Source: a virus (taxonomy: Duplodnaviria > Caudoviricetes). From it: 25,616 nucleotides of DNA. Shown in pieces: positions 25,559-25,616 of this stretch (position 1 is the first letter of the stretch; the number at the start of each line of letters is the position of its first letter). Position numbers and translations under genes: made by a program. Under the pieces are notes generated by a model. It saw only the letters and a program-made list of their open reading frames with translations. It was not told where the DNA came from and did no database searches. The stretch is taken from IMG/VR virus record IMGVR_UViG_3300033067_000636, positions 1 to 25,616 of that record, one strand, 5' to 3'.

Positions 25559-25616
25559 TTACGCTTATATCTACCTCAACCGATTTTTCGGATTCGGTGA
25601 ATATCCCATGATGCTT
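25461..25616 (-). CDS. terS: 3' end of probable terminase small subunit (partial)
   Basis: Open frame from the window edge: KHHGIFTESEKSVEVDISVNVSESLRSRI...NQEG*. KHHGIFT resembles the GKHxGxFT TerS C-terminal motif, and the position is directly upstream of terL. Confidence 0.65.
   Translation of the reverse strand, partial: KHHGIFTESEKSVEVDISVNVSESLRSRIGSVAARLRTGSGATRDSTNQEG

Noticed and set aside
1-25616. Host assignment and prophage versus free phage status
   Set aside because: No integrase, att site, host gene or lysis enzyme is visible, so neither can be determined from this window.

Overview
The whole window is the virion-morphogenesis region of a tailed dsDNA siphophage or prophage, with all genes on the minus strand. 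Reading right to left: the 3' end of terminase small subunit, terminase large subunit, SPP1-type portal, a MuF-like head protein among small accessory ORFs (one with a consensus Tat signal), scaffold, major capsid, two minor head proteins, head-tail adaptor and stopper. An enzyme cassette then interrupts the neck genes: GT4 glycosyltransferase, a chimeric tail-tube paralog, GT2 glycosyltransferase, a small ORF, a B12-binding radical SAM enzyme, a metallophosphoesterase and a radical SAM/SPASM enzyme. After it come an HK97 gp10-like protein, tail terminator, tail tube, tail assembly chaperone with a -1 slippery site, tape measure with 46-aa repeats, a large hub/fibre protein and an SGNH esterase-fibre-S74 chaperone protein. 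The best candidate for a new system is the translationally coupled glycosyltransferase plus radical SAM cassette. Together with strong Gly-Thr enrichment in predicted surface-exposed virion proteins, it suggests virion glycosylation with radical-SAM tailoring. No integrase, clear lysis gene, tRNA, CRISPR array or host gene is visible. All calls come from motif recognition, synteny and hand counts; no database search was run.
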